This document shows, in pieces, positions 9,558-17,409 of a stretch of DNA of 32,000 nt. The DNA lies in NCBI GenBank assembly GCA_041674405.1, contig JBAYVT010000005.1, positions 1-32,000 on the forward strand, given 5' to 3'. The translations under genes were made by a program, and so were the position numbers. The notes under the pieces are model-generated. The model was not told the origin of the DNA and did not search any database. It saw only the letters and a list, made by a program, of their open reading frames with translations. Each line of letters starts with the position of its first letter. Position 1 is the stretch's first letter. This DNA comes from Patescibacteria group bacterium (GTDB taxonomy: Bacteria; Patescibacteriota; UBA1384; XYA2-FULL-43-10).

Positions 9558-9616
9558 TTGACAATGTTCGGTGTTTGTTTGGTATCATTATATTATGAAC
9601 CGAACAAAAACCGAAT
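9558..9616 (+). promoter_or_regulatory. lexA promoter region with two putative LexA (SOS) boxes
   Basis: TTGACA at 9558-9563. Box 1 is GTTCGGTGTTTGTTTGG (9566-9582). Box 2 on the opposite strand is ATTCGGTTTTTGTTCGG (9600-9616). AT-rich -10 candidates lie at 9583-9596. Confidence 0.5.
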
Positions 9617-9648
9617 ATAAATATTTTAATTTAAAAGGACCATTCAAT

Positions 9649-9685
9649 GACGGCTGGATTTAATCTCCTCTGAAATCCAGCCGTC
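9649..9685 (+). other. Perfect 13-bp stem-loop in the lexA leader
   Basis: GACGGCTGGATTT-N11-AAATCCAGCCGTC. It ends 15 nt before the lexA ATG, just 5' of the GGGGGA SD, and has no U tract. Confidence 0.6.
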
Positions 9686-9700
9686 AGATGGGGGATAATT

Positions 9701-10306
9701 ATGGAACCATTAACAAGAAGGCAAAAGGAAATATTAGATTTTATCCGTAATTTCATCGATGAAAACGGATATGCGCCTAGCTATCGTGAAATTGCCTATT
9801 ACTTTGAGCTATCTTCCACCGGCACCGTCGCCGAATACATCGCTATCCTCGAAGAAAAGGGCTACCTCTCAAAAGAAGCGATGGATGCTAGATCTATCCA
9901 ATTGACCCCAGCATTTGCTTCAGGTATCGAATCATTTGAAATTCCGCTTTCAGGCATGATCGACGCCGGAAAGCCGATCGAGGCCATCCGCACCAATGAA
10001 ACTATCGACATTCCTCGCGACATGATGGGCAAGAAAACTTTCGCTCTCCGCGTAAGAGGGGAATCGATGATTGAAGATGGCATCCTTGACGGCGATTATG
10101 TAATCATCGAACAAACCAATTCTCCCAAAAATGGAGATATTGTTGTTGCCCTTGTTGACAATGCTAATGCCACTCTGAAGCGCTTCTATGACGAAAAAAA
10201 CCAGATCCGGCTTCAGCCGGCAAATAGTTCTATGAGACCGATGCGCTTTGCCAAAAAACGCGTCACGATACAGGGAAAGGTTAGGGGAGTAATCAGAAAA
10301 TTTTAA
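9701..10306 (+). CDS. lexA: LexA repressor (S24 peptidase)
   Basis: 201 aa. N-terminal wHTH (LTRRQKEILDFIRNFIDENGYAPSYREIA), then the S24 catalytic Ser (VRGESMIEDGI) and Lys (ATLKRF) regions. Confidence 0.95.
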   Translation: MEPLTRRQKEILDFIRNFIDENGYAPSYREIAYYFELSSTGTVAEYIAILEEKGYLSKEAMDARSIQLTPAFASGIESFEIPLSGMIDAGKPIEAIRTNETIDIPRDMMGKKTFALRVRGESMIEDGILDGDYVIIEQTNSPKNGDIVVALVDNANATLKRFYDEKNQIRLQPANSSMRPMRFAKKRVTIQGKVRGVIRKF

Positions 10307-10330
10307 GACCTGTGCAATAATACATTTTTG

Positions 10331-10339
10331 TGCTAATAT
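10331..10339 (+). promoter_or_regulatory. Extended -10 promoter (TGCTAATAT) for the small GC-rich ORF
   Basis: TGnTAATAT about 34 nt upstream of ATG 10373, in the AT-rich flank. Confidence 0.45.
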
Positions 10340-10372
10340 CCGCTTGTTGTTACACAACTGGAGGTGTTGGCA

Positions 10373-10558
10373 ATGTCAGCGTTTTCTCTCAGGAAAACCG
10401 CCGTGAAGAAACCCGGGGCTTGTCCGATCTGTCACGATACCGGAATGCATCGGTCTGGCGGTCGAACTCGCAACTGCAGCTGCCCGAAGGGCCGCGAACT
10501 CGCCAAGAAGGAGAAGGCCAACCGCGCGGAAGCGAAGAGAGCAGCCAAGAAGAAGTAG
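10373..10558 (+). CDS. Small basic Cys4 (CxxC...CxC) zinc-ribbon-like protein, hypothetical, in GC-rich island A
   Basis: 61 aa from ATG 10373, with GGAGG SD at 10360-10364 (8-nt spacing). CPICHDTG...NCSCPKG followed by a Lys/Ala/Glu-rich tail. G/C-ending codons. Terminator immediately downstream. The track start at 10364 (GTG) is also possible. Confidence 0.5.
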   Translation: MSAFSLRKTAVKKPGACPICHDTGMHRSGGRTRNCSCPKGRELAKKEKANRAEAKRAAKKK

Positions 10559-10585
10559 TAGTCAGGGCCAACGCCTCGACCCGGT

Positions 10586-10620
10586 AACCCGCCACTTAAG
10601 GCGGGTTTGCTGGTTTATTT
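10586..10620 (+). terminator. Intrinsic terminator of island A
   Basis: AACCCGCC-ACTTAA-GGCGGGTT stem followed by TTGCTGGTTTATTT. Confidence 0.75.
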
Positions 10621-10647
10621 GACAGTATTTTTGTGTCAATATATACT
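10619..10647 (+). promoter_or_regulatory. Promoter of the abrB-like gene with an embedded inverted repeat
   Basis: TTGACA-17 nt-TATACT. The -35 forms the inverted repeat TTGACA-N9-TGTCAA. The ATG at 10656 is only 8 nt after the -10. Confidence 0.55.
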
Positions 10648-10655
10648 ATTTGTAA

Positions 10656-10871
10656 ATGCAAACAGAAAAAAGAAAATTGATAAAATTTTCGAATTACAGC
10701 CTTTGCGTTACTTTGCCCAAATGGGTCATCCGTGAACTCAAATGGAATAAGGGTGATCTTGTGAACATGGAGGTTGATTCTGATGGCGGAACAATTCACA
10801 TATCAAAGGGCAAAAAACGGGCTATCAAAACAAACACTGAGGCCAAAAATAAGGCTGGTTTACGCTGGTAA
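10656..10871 (+). CDS. AbrB/MazE/SpoVT-family DNA-binding protein
   Basis: 71 aa. Swapped-hairpin signature (SLCVTLPKWVIRELKWNKGDLVNMEVDSDGGTIHI). No SD. Confidence 0.75.
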   Translation: MQTEKRKLIKFSNYSLCVTLPKWVIRELKWNKGDLVNMEVDSDGGTIHISKGKKRAIKTNTEAKNKAGLRW

Positions 10872-10891
10872 AAACTTGAAATTAATGTAAG

Positions 10892-10913
10892 GCGCGGCGT
10901 TTGTCGCTTTTTT
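10892..10913 (+). terminator. Possible weak terminator after the abrB-like gene
   Basis: GCGGC-GTTT-GTCGC (5 bp including one G-U) followed by T6. Confidence 0.4.
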
Positions 10914-11040
10914 AGTATCAATTTGTGATTTAATTATTTTAAAATAGAACTTCATGCGCATGTTACAGCTGCGAGGCCCCCACCTCGGGCGAAGAAGCCA
11001 TTCAGGTTATGAATATCTGATAAAGCATGAAACTAGGGTA

Positions 11041-11601
11041 ATGAAAAAGTTGAATCGAAAATTTTTTGAACGGGATGCTGAAATTGTAGCTCAAAACCTT
11101 TTGGGTAAATATTTTATGTATAAAACAAAAACAGGAATTATCGAAGGAAAAATCGTGGAAACCGAAGCTTATGGTGGGCCAGATGACCTCGCATCCCATG
11201 CTAGATTTGTGAGTAGCAGCCGCAATCAATTGATGTATGAACAAGGCGGGACATTGTATGTTTATCTGGTTTACGGAATATATTATCTTACAAATATCAT
11301 CGCCGGGAAAAAAGGAAAACCCAGCGGAGTTCTAATTCGTTCGGCGGAAATTGATTCTGCTTCGTCCAATAAAGCAGCGACTGGGCCAGGCAAATTTTCA
11401 CAATACTTCAAAATTAATCTTTCACACAAGGGATTGGACATTGTAAATTCAGATAAGATTTTTATTGAAGATAGGGGAAACGATATTTCCGATTCTGATA
11501 TAATTAAGACGAAACGGGTCGGAGTTGATTATGCGGGCCATTCCAAAGACTGGGACTTAAGATTTTATATTAAAGACAATAAATTTATTAGCAAAAGATA
11601 A
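11041..11601 (+). CDS. mpg: DNA-3-methyladenine glycosylase (Mpg/AAG family)
   Basis: ETEAYGGPDDLASHA and YVYLVYGIYYLTNI motifs. I start at MKKLNRKFFERD (11041) rather than the track start at 10954, whose extension is GC-hairpin sequence. Confidence 0.85.
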   Translation: MKKLNRKFFERDAEIVAQNLLGKYFMYKTKTGIIEGKIVETEAYGGPDDLASHARFVSSSRNQLMYEQGGTLYVYLVYGIYYLTNIIAGKKGKPSGVLIRSAEIDSASSNKAATGPGKFSQYFKINLSHKGLDIVNSDKIFIEDRGNDISDSDIIKTKRVGVDYAGHSKDWDLRFYIKDNKFISKR

Positions 11602-11607
11602 TTTTGT

Positions 11608-12522
11608 ATGGCAAAAGTTGCATTTATAAAATCAAACGATCGCAGGTATAATATCTCCAGATCTTTGTCACTTATAAAAAGCGAGATAATTTCTGGTCTT
11701 AAAAACGCTAAAAAAGTTGTAGTCAAACCGAATTGTATCGTGGATGATTTTCAGCTTGCAGCTACTCATGTTGACGCACTAGATGCGCTCCTGGACTTCA
11801 TTGCTCCTTATTGCAAAAATCAGATTACCGTAGCCGAAGGGACGGGAATCGGCGATACGATGAATGCCTTTCGCAACTATGAATATTTTTCTGTACAGGA
11901 AAAATATGGTTTTGCAGCCATTGATTTAAATATTGACGAAACAGAGGAGGTAGAAGTTTTTGATCGCAACGGTCGCAAATTTCAAGTTTTGATGTCGAAA
12001 ACAATTTTGGATTCAGATTACTTGATATCGCTTTGTGTACCAAAGACACACGACTCGGTGGTATATACTGGTGCAATTAAAAACGTGGCTGTTGGATCGC
12101 TTCATCGGCCTGTTGATACTTTTTCCGGTGGTATAGTTTCCATGTTTAGAACAAAACGAAACAACAAAGCATCAATCCATCAAGGATATAAATACATGAA
12201 TGAAAACTTAAAAATCCTCGCATTAAAAAAAGTGCCCAATCTTGCAGTAATCGACGGCTTCGCAGCAATGCAAGGAGACGGGCCGGCACATGGCGGTGAA
12301 ATGGTGCCATCTCACTGGGCTATTGCATCATCCGATGTATTATCAGCGGACATTTTGAGTATCACAATGATGGGAATCGATTTGAAGGATGTCGGATATC
12401 TAAGCTTGCTTAACGAAGAAAATCGGCCCAGTGAGCCCTTTGTTATTGGTGATGATTGGAGGTCGAATATCCTTAAGTTTAAACTCCATTCGAAATTTAA
12501 TGAAATGAAAAAATGGCAATGA
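11608..12522 (+). CDS. DUF362 domain protein
   Basis: 304 aa. N-terminus (KVAFIKSNDR...KKVVVKPNC) and the layout resemble DUF362 from memory. Function unknown. Confidence 0.65.
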   Translation: MAKVAFIKSNDRRYNISRSLSLIKSEIISGLKNAKKVVVKPNCIVDDFQLAATHVDALDALLDFIAPYCKNQITVAEGTGIGDTMNAFRNYEYFSVQEKYGFAAIDLNIDETEEVEVFDRNGRKFQVLMSKTILDSDYLISLCVPKTHDSVVYTGAIKNVAVGSLHRPVDTFSGGIVSMFRTKRNNKASIHQGYKYMNENLKILALKKVPNLAVIDGFAAMQGDGPAHGGEMVPSHWAIASSDVLSADILSITMMGIDLKDVGYLSLLNEENRPSEPFVIGDDWRSNILKFKLHSKFNEMKKWQ

Positions 12523-12542
12523 TTTGTTCAGATTCGAGATTA

Positions 12543-12551
12543 TGCTAAAAT
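12543..12551 (+). promoter_or_regulatory. Extended -10 (TGCTAAAAT) upstream of or overlapping the LytR_C gene start
   Basis: TGCTAAAAT at 12543-12551. It overlaps the track start ATG 12550. Confidence 0.4.
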
Positions 12552-13413
12552 GTATATGTCATTAGGAGGGGTCCGCCAAGCGCGGGTTAGAAAAATGGGG
12601 ATTGCCGACGATATTCGTCCTAAAAAGAATAAAAAAAAGATAGCAGAGGAATCAGAAGAGGTAAAAGAACCTGAAATCGGAGATGGTGAACTCGTATCAA
12701 TTTCGCATGGCAAAGGCCATGATTTTGTTGCGTCAGATATCGAAGAGCAACTGGAGCGCGAAAAAAATGAACGCAACGAATATGATGAAGATAGTGAATA
12801 TGACGAAGACAATGAGCACGAAAATATGTCGGATTATTTTTATCGCAACAGCCGAATAAAAGAGCCAAAAACAAAAAGAAAAGGTAGTTTTGGTAAATGG
12901 CTGATTTTAATATTAGTATTGGCCTTAGTCGGAATTATCATTTGGCAAAATTTGGACTCGATAAAATCATATTTCGGCATTGCCAACAGCAAAGAGAATA
13001 CAAATACCGATAACTCAAACCTTTATTCTGATTTTTCCGTAAATAGTAGCAGCCAACCAACTTCTCAACCTACCGTACAAGAAAATACTACACCAAATGC
13101 CTCTTCCGACTCGACTGCCGCCGCAGAAACACCAGATAAATCAATATATACTATTTCAGTTTTGAATGGTAATGGCATCAAGGGCTCTGCGGCAGGCGTC
13201 ACCAGTGCTCTAGCTAATGCGGGTTATACCGTTACCAATACCGGAAACGCACTCAAATTTTCGTATATTAATTCAATAGTTTATTACAAAACCGGAAAAG
13301 CAGATGTAGCTAACGCTATAAAGACAGTTCTTTCAGACCGGACAATCGAGTTATCTGAAGATAATACAATAACGGGTAATTATGATATCGTGATAGTCGT
13401 TGGAAAAACATAA
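12550..13413 (+). CDS. Membrane-anchored LytR_C (LytR/CpsA/Psr C-terminal) domain protein
   Basis: Acidic N-region, one TM (WLILILVLALVGIIIW), Ser/Thr/Asn-rich linker, and a C-terminal LytR_C-like module (ISVLNGNGIKGSAAGVTSALANAGYTV...DIVIVVGK). The start is uncertain (12550, 12556 or 12595). Confidence 0.75.
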   Translation: MYMSLGGVRQARVRKMGIADDIRPKKNKKKIAEESEEVKEPEIGDGELVSISHGKGHDFVASDIEEQLEREKNERNEYDEDSEYDEDNEHENMSDYFYRNSRIKEPKTKRKGSFGKWLILILVLALVGIIIWQNLDSIKSYFGIANSKENTNTDNSNLYSDFSVNSSSQPTSQPTVQENTTPNASSDSTAAAETPDKSIYTISVLNGNGIKGSAAGVTSALANAGYTVTNTGNALKFSYINSIVYYKTGKADVANAIKTVLSDRTIELSEDNTITGNYDIVIVVGKT

Positions 13414-13414
13414 A

Positions 13415-13537
13415 ATGGCACGTAATAATAAAAACTTGCCTGGTATAATTATTGGAATTATAATTCTTGTGATATCCACATTGATAGCAATTATTTCTTA
13501 CGTATCGACTAATGTTCAAGGAAAACCATTAATTTAA
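13415..13537 (+). CDS. Unannotated 40-aa single-TM protein
   Basis: Hand translation gives MARNNKNLPGIIIGIIILVISTLIAIISYVSTNVQGKPLI*. It starts 2 nt after the upstream stop and falls below the ORF-track length cutoff. Confidence 0.4.
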   Translation: MARNNKNLPGIIIGIIILVISTLIAIISYVSTNVQGKPLI

Positions 13538-13550
13538 GAAAGGGATAAAA

Positions 13551-13817
13551 ATGGAACCTGTTAACTCACTTGATCAGCTTTTCGGATATTACGACAAATT
13601 TCTCGCAAATGTTCCTGTACAATATCAGGCATTAATTTCGATTGCCCTAATAGCTTTTCTTATTTGGAATATTTACGCAATTATTAAAAACGGGCACTGG
13701 CTTCTCATTGCTTTGCTTGTTGTTGCCCTTCCCGGAACTTGGCCCGCCCTTCGGATGATTGGCAACTTTCTTTGGGCAATTATCAAGGGACTACTTATGC
13801 GAGCCTCCCTAATCTGA
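13551..13817 (+). CDS. Small two-TM membrane protein, hypothetical
   Basis: 88 aa. AAAGGGA SD and two hydrophobic helices. Confidence 0.6.
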   Translation: MEPVNSLDQLFGYYDKFLANVPVQYQALISIALIAFLIWNIYAIIKNGHWLLIALLVVALPGTWPALRMIGNFLWAIIKGLLMRASLI

Positions 13818-13862
13818 TATATTGATCGTAAGATAAATAATTAATATTAAATTATTATTTTA

Positions 13863-14300
13863 ATGTTGGAAAATATGAATACTTTAGAACTAATTCCTTC
13901 AAAAAAATACCTCATTCGGCTCCACAAAGGCGAAGAAATCCTTGAATCCTTAAAGTCTTTTTGTAAAGAAAACAATATCGAAAGCGGATTCGCCATGATG
14001 ATTGGAGCAATCTCATCTGTAAATCTTGCTCTTTATGAACTTAACAAGAAAGAATACTTTAGAAAATCTTTTGACGGGGCCTTTGAAATTGCCTCTATGA
14101 GTGGAAATATTACTAAAATGAATGGTGAACTCATCACACACATTCATGGGATATATTCTGATAAAAATTTTGAAACAATCGCCGGGCATGTGGATAGAGC
14201 AGTTGTTTCTGCAACTTGCGAAATATTGCTTACAACATTCGAAAATAAAATATCGCGCCAAAAATCTGAAGAAATAGGCTTAAATTTATTGGATTTATAA
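13863..14300 (+). CDS. PPC (DUF296) domain protein
   Basis: 145 aa. LIRLHKGEEILESLKSFCKENNIESG...GNIT..GELITHIHG pattern typical of PPC/DUF296. Confidence 0.7.
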   Translation: MLENMNTLELIPSKKYLIRLHKGEEILESLKSFCKENNIESGFAMMIGAISSVNLALYELNKKEYFRKSFDGAFEIASMSGNITKMNGELITHIHGIYSDKNFETIAGHVDRAVVSATCEILLTTFENKISRQKSEEIGLNLLDL

Positions 14301-14321
14301 GTTTTTTCAAAAGGAATAAAA

Positions 14322-15215
14322 ATGTATGACATTATTATAATAGGTGGCAGTGCAGCTGGGCTCACCGCAGCAATTTACGCAACAAGAAGAGCGTTAAAAA
14401 CATTGGTTTTGACAGCTGAAATAGGTGGTCTCATGGCTAAGAATTCGGAGATAGAAAATTGGCCCGGAGAGTTAAAAATCAACGGGGTAGAATTAGCAAA
14501 CAGGATGAAAACGCAAGTAGAAAATTTTGGTGCAGATCTAAAACTGGAGCTTGTACAAAAAATATCCAGCGATAAAAGCGGTTTTTCAGTTGTGACAAGC
14601 AAAGGAATATATCAAGGAAAAACAATTTTACTGGCTTTTGGAAAGAGCCCTCGTGTCTTAAAGGTCCCTGGCGAGGAAAAATATCTTGGGCGAGGAGTAT
14701 CATATTGCGCCACTTGTGACGCACCTTTATACCGAGAAAAAAACGTTGCGGTTATTGGTGGTGGAAATTCAGCGCTCGATGCCGCAGTTCTTCTGTCCAA
14801 AATCGCGGCGAAAGTCTATATCATTCATCGCAAATCAGAGTTTCGTGGTGATGAGTATCTAATTAAAAAAGTGACAAATAGTGATAAAATCGAAGCCATT
14901 ATGGACTCCGAGCTAAAAGAAATTAGAGGCAATGAAATTGTTGGGGGTGTTGTGTTGAAAGACGGCAAAGAGATCAAAGTCGACGGAGTATTTATTGAAA
15001 TCGGTTATATTGTAAACGACTCTTTGATTGAGGGAATTGTAGACATAGATCAACTCGGCCAAGTCATCGTAAATCACAACCAAGAAACATCCGTTCCGGG
15101 TATTTACGCTGCTGGCGATTTAACAAATATGCCCTTTCAACAATTGGTAATTGCTGCCGGCGAGGGAGCAACGGCCGCACTATCGGCTTATGACTACATT
15201 CAAAAGAACTTCTAA
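14322..15215 (+). CDS. trxB: Thioredoxin-disulfide reductase
   Basis: 297 aa. FAD motif IIIGGSAAG, redox CATCD, NADPH motif GGGNSA, and GDL at the C-terminus. Confidence 0.95.
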   Translation: MYDIIIIGGSAAGLTAAIYATRRALKTLVLTAEIGGLMAKNSEIENWPGELKINGVELANRMKTQVENFGADLKLELVQKISSDKSGFSVVTSKGIYQGKTILLAFGKSPRVLKVPGEEKYLGRGVSYCATCDAPLYREKNVAVIGGGNSALDAAVLLSKIAAKVYIIHRKSEFRGDEYLIKKVTNSDKIEAIMDSELKEIRGNEIVGGVVLKDGKEIKVDGVFIEIGYIVNDSLIEGIVDIDQLGQVIVNHNQETSVPGIYAAGDLTNMPFQQLVIAAGEGATAALSAYDYIQKNF

Positions 15216-16065
15216 AACCAATCAGGATGATAAATTTAAAAGAGGATTAATATTCTATCTTTGCGCTTTTATCTTTATCGTTATTGCAGCTATTTTGGTT
15301 TTAACAGTTTCCCCATCCCGCACAAAACACCAAGAGCCATCTATAACGCCGCCAAATACAATTTCTGGGCTAGACTCCGAATCAAAACCAATAGATAATT
15401 CAAGCCTGGAAATTCCGGTTTTAATGTACCACTACATCCGCCAAGTCACTGATCCAAATGATTCGCTCGGAAAAAATCTCTCGGTCACCCCAGAAACATT
15501 CGATAAACAACTTGCATGGCTAAAAGATCATGGCTATGAGGCAATTACTTTCGACAAAGCCCTTGATATTTTTGCAAACAAAGAAGCAATCTCAAATAAA
15601 CCCGTAATTATTACATTTGATGACGGCTACAAAGACGCATATACTGCCGCGATGCCATCCCTTCTCAAGCACAACCTGACTGGAATTTTTTACGTCATTT
15701 CCGCCTTTATAATGCGTGATCAGCATGTTTCATTCGATGATATTTCGATGATGATCGAGAATAAAATGACGATCGGTTGCCACACGCTTGATCACGTCGA
15801 CCTAACAGCTGTCAACCCCGACCGCCTTCAAAGCGAGCTTGTTGATTGCAAAGAATCTCTTGCCAACGTTTACAGCATTCCAGTTTCTGATTTTTCGTAT
15901 CCTTCGGGAAAATATAATGATGAAGTAGAGAATGCGGTAAAAGCCGCCGGATTCAAGACTGCAACCACGACACATTCTGGCGTCTGGAAGCAATCAGATG
16001 ATCCTTATCAAATTCCTCGCATTCGCATGTCCGAATCCACCAACCTCTCAAATATTTTGAAATAA
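15190..16065 (+). CDS. Polysaccharide deacetylase (NodB homology) with N-terminal TM
   Basis: ITFDDGYKD and HTLDHVDL motifs. Start placed at MTTFKRTSK (15190). The track start at 15151 lies deep inside trxB. Confidence 0.85.
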   Translation: MTTFKRTSKTNQDDKFKRGLIFYLCAFIFIVIAAILVLTVSPSRTKHQEPSITPPNTISGLDSESKPIDNSSLEIPVLMYHYIRQVTDPNDSLGKNLSVTPETFDKQLAWLKDHGYEAITFDKALDIFANKEAISNKPVIITFDDGYKDAYTAAMPSLLKHNLTGIFYVISAFIMRDQHVSFDDISMMIENKMTIGCHTLDHVDLTAVNPDRLQSELVDCKESLANVYSIPVSDFSYPSGKYNDEVENAVKAAGFKTATTTHSGVWKQSDDPYQIPRIRMSESTNLSNILK

Positions 16066-16105
16066 TGACTTTTTCTAAGGACTACAGACTAATATATAAA
16101 TATTT

Positions 16106-16139
16106 GTTCGCTTTTTGTTTGGTCTAATTATGCTATAAT
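16106..16139 (+). promoter_or_regulatory. rarA promoter: putative LexA box plus extended -10
   Basis: GTTCGCTTTTTGTTTGG (16106-16122) matches lexA box 1 at 15/17. TGCTATAAT is at 16131-16139. Confidence 0.5.
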
Positions 16140-16146
16140 GTTTGCT

Positions 16147-17394
16147 ATGGAAAACAAAACAACGCTATTCCGGGGCGACAGATCGCCGTTGGCTGATAAG
16201 CTGCGCCCAATTGATTTTAGTGAATATGTCGGGCAGGAACACATCTTAGCTAAAGGTAAACTTTTAAGGCGAGCGATAGATGCTGATCGCCTTCCATCAC
16301 TAATTCTTTGGGGACCTCCGGGAAGCGGAAAAACAACTTTAGCAAAGATTATCGCACGCAAAACTAATTCCAATTTTTTTACATTGTCCGCCGTTTCCAG
16401 CGGAGTTGCCGATGCAAAATTAGTGATTAAAAAGGCCGAAGAGGACCTAACGGGTTTCGGCAAAAAAACCATTCTTTTTGTTGATGAAATCCATCGCTTC
16501 AACAAAGCCCAGCAGGATATATTTCTGCCCTATATTGAAAACGGGACCATTATTTTTATTGGTGCAACCACTGAAAATCCTTCTTTTGAGGTTAACTCGC
16601 CACTTTTATCAAGAACTCGCGTCTTTCACCTTCGTGAACTCACATCAGACAACATAAAAACACTGCTCAAAAATGCAACAAATAAAATCAATAAAAAAGA
16701 ATTAAATTTAGAAAATATCAAATCAAAAATTTCTATTACCAACGAAGCTCTCAAACATATAGCGGAATTATGCGAGGGAGATGCTAGAGATGCGTACAAT
16801 GCCCTTGAGTTGGCAATTTTAACAACTCCCGCAAAAAGAGGTGAGATTATCATCGATGAAAAAATTGCCGACGATGCGATTCAAGAAAAATTCATCCGTT
16901 ATGACAAGGGGTCAGATGGCCACTATGACGCTATTTCTGCTCTTCATAAGTCGCTTCGTGCTTCCGATATTGACTCTTCATTGCATTACACTGCTCGAAT
17001 GCTGGAAGCGGGCGAGGATCCTTTGTATATAGTCCGGCGCCTGGTCCGATTTGCTTCCGAAGATATCGGGGTAGCTGATCCGATAGCATTGATCTTGGCC
17101 ACATCATGCGAGCGAGCCGTATCATTCGTAGGAATGCCTGAAGCTTCACTTGCAATCGCAGAAGCGGTCATTTATCTAGCAAACGCCCCCAAATCTCGTG
17201 CTGTTGATAGCGCTTATGCATCTGCGCTTGACGATGTCAAGAACAAGCGCCTTGACCCGATTCCACTTGACATTCGTAACGCTCCGACCAAGATGATGAA
17301 GGATTTTGGCTTTGGGAAAGGTTATGAAATGTATTCAAAAAAATCTCATCTTCCCAAAAATCTGAAGGACAAAAAATATTGGCACGAAGACTAA
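16147..17394 (+). CDS. rarA: Replication-associated recombination protein A (MgsA/RarA AAA+ ATPase)
   Basis: GPPGSGKTT, VDEIHRFNKAQQD, and the MgsA C-terminal domain (HYDAISALHKSLRASD). ATG 16147 is preferred because ATG 16138 lies inside the TATAAT box. Confidence 0.9.
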   Translation: MENKTTLFRGDRSPLADKLRPIDFSEYVGQEHILAKGKLLRRAIDADRLPSLILWGPPGSGKTTLAKIIARKTNSNFFTLSAVSSGVADAKLVIKKAEEDLTGFGKKTILFVDEIHRFNKAQQDIFLPYIENGTIIFIGATTENPSFEVNSPLLSRTRVFHLRELTSDNIKTLLKNATNKINKKELNLENIKSKISITNEALKHIAELCEGDARDAYNALELAILTTPAKRGEIIIDEKIADDAIQEKFIRYDKGSDGHYDAISALHKSLRASDIDSSLHYTARMLEAGEDPLYIVRRLVRFASEDIGVADPIALILATSCERAVSFVGMPEASLAIAEAVIYLANAPKSRAVDSAYASALDDVKNKRLDPIPLDIRNAPTKMMKDFGFGKGYEMYSKKSHLPKNLKDKKYWHED

Positions 17395-17407
17395 TTTATC
17401 GTAGAAT
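17379..17407 (+). promoter_or_regulatory. Promoter of the DUF3048 gene, inside the rarA 3' end
   Basis: TTGGCA-17 nt-TAGAAT. The predicted start falls at the ACTAATAAC motif. Confidence 0.5.
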
Positions 17408-17409
17408 AT

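Noticed and set aside
10330-10595. Track ORFs 10330..10587 (+) and 10389..10595 (-) overlapping the small Zn-ribbon ORF
   Set aside because: Long ORFs in all frames are expected in GC-rich DNA. These lack an SD and give Arg/Ser/Pro-rich low-complexity translations. The 10373 frame has a GGAGG SD and a Cys4 pattern.
10954-11040. N-terminal extension of mpg in the track ORF
   Set aside because: The extension (MRMLQLRGPHLGRRSHSGYEY...) is encoded by a GC-rich hairpin region and has no homology-like signal. The conserved Mpg N-terminus begins at the 11041 Met.
10656-11040. Type II toxin-antitoxin module with the AbrB/MazE-like gene as antitoxin
   Set aside because: No toxin-sized ORF sits adjacent on either side, and the downstream interval is noncoding before mpg.
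15151-15189. Longer start for the polysaccharide deacetylase
   Set aside because: It would overlap trxB by 65 nt in another frame. ATG 15190 gives a typical short cytoplasmic N-terminus followed by a TM helix.
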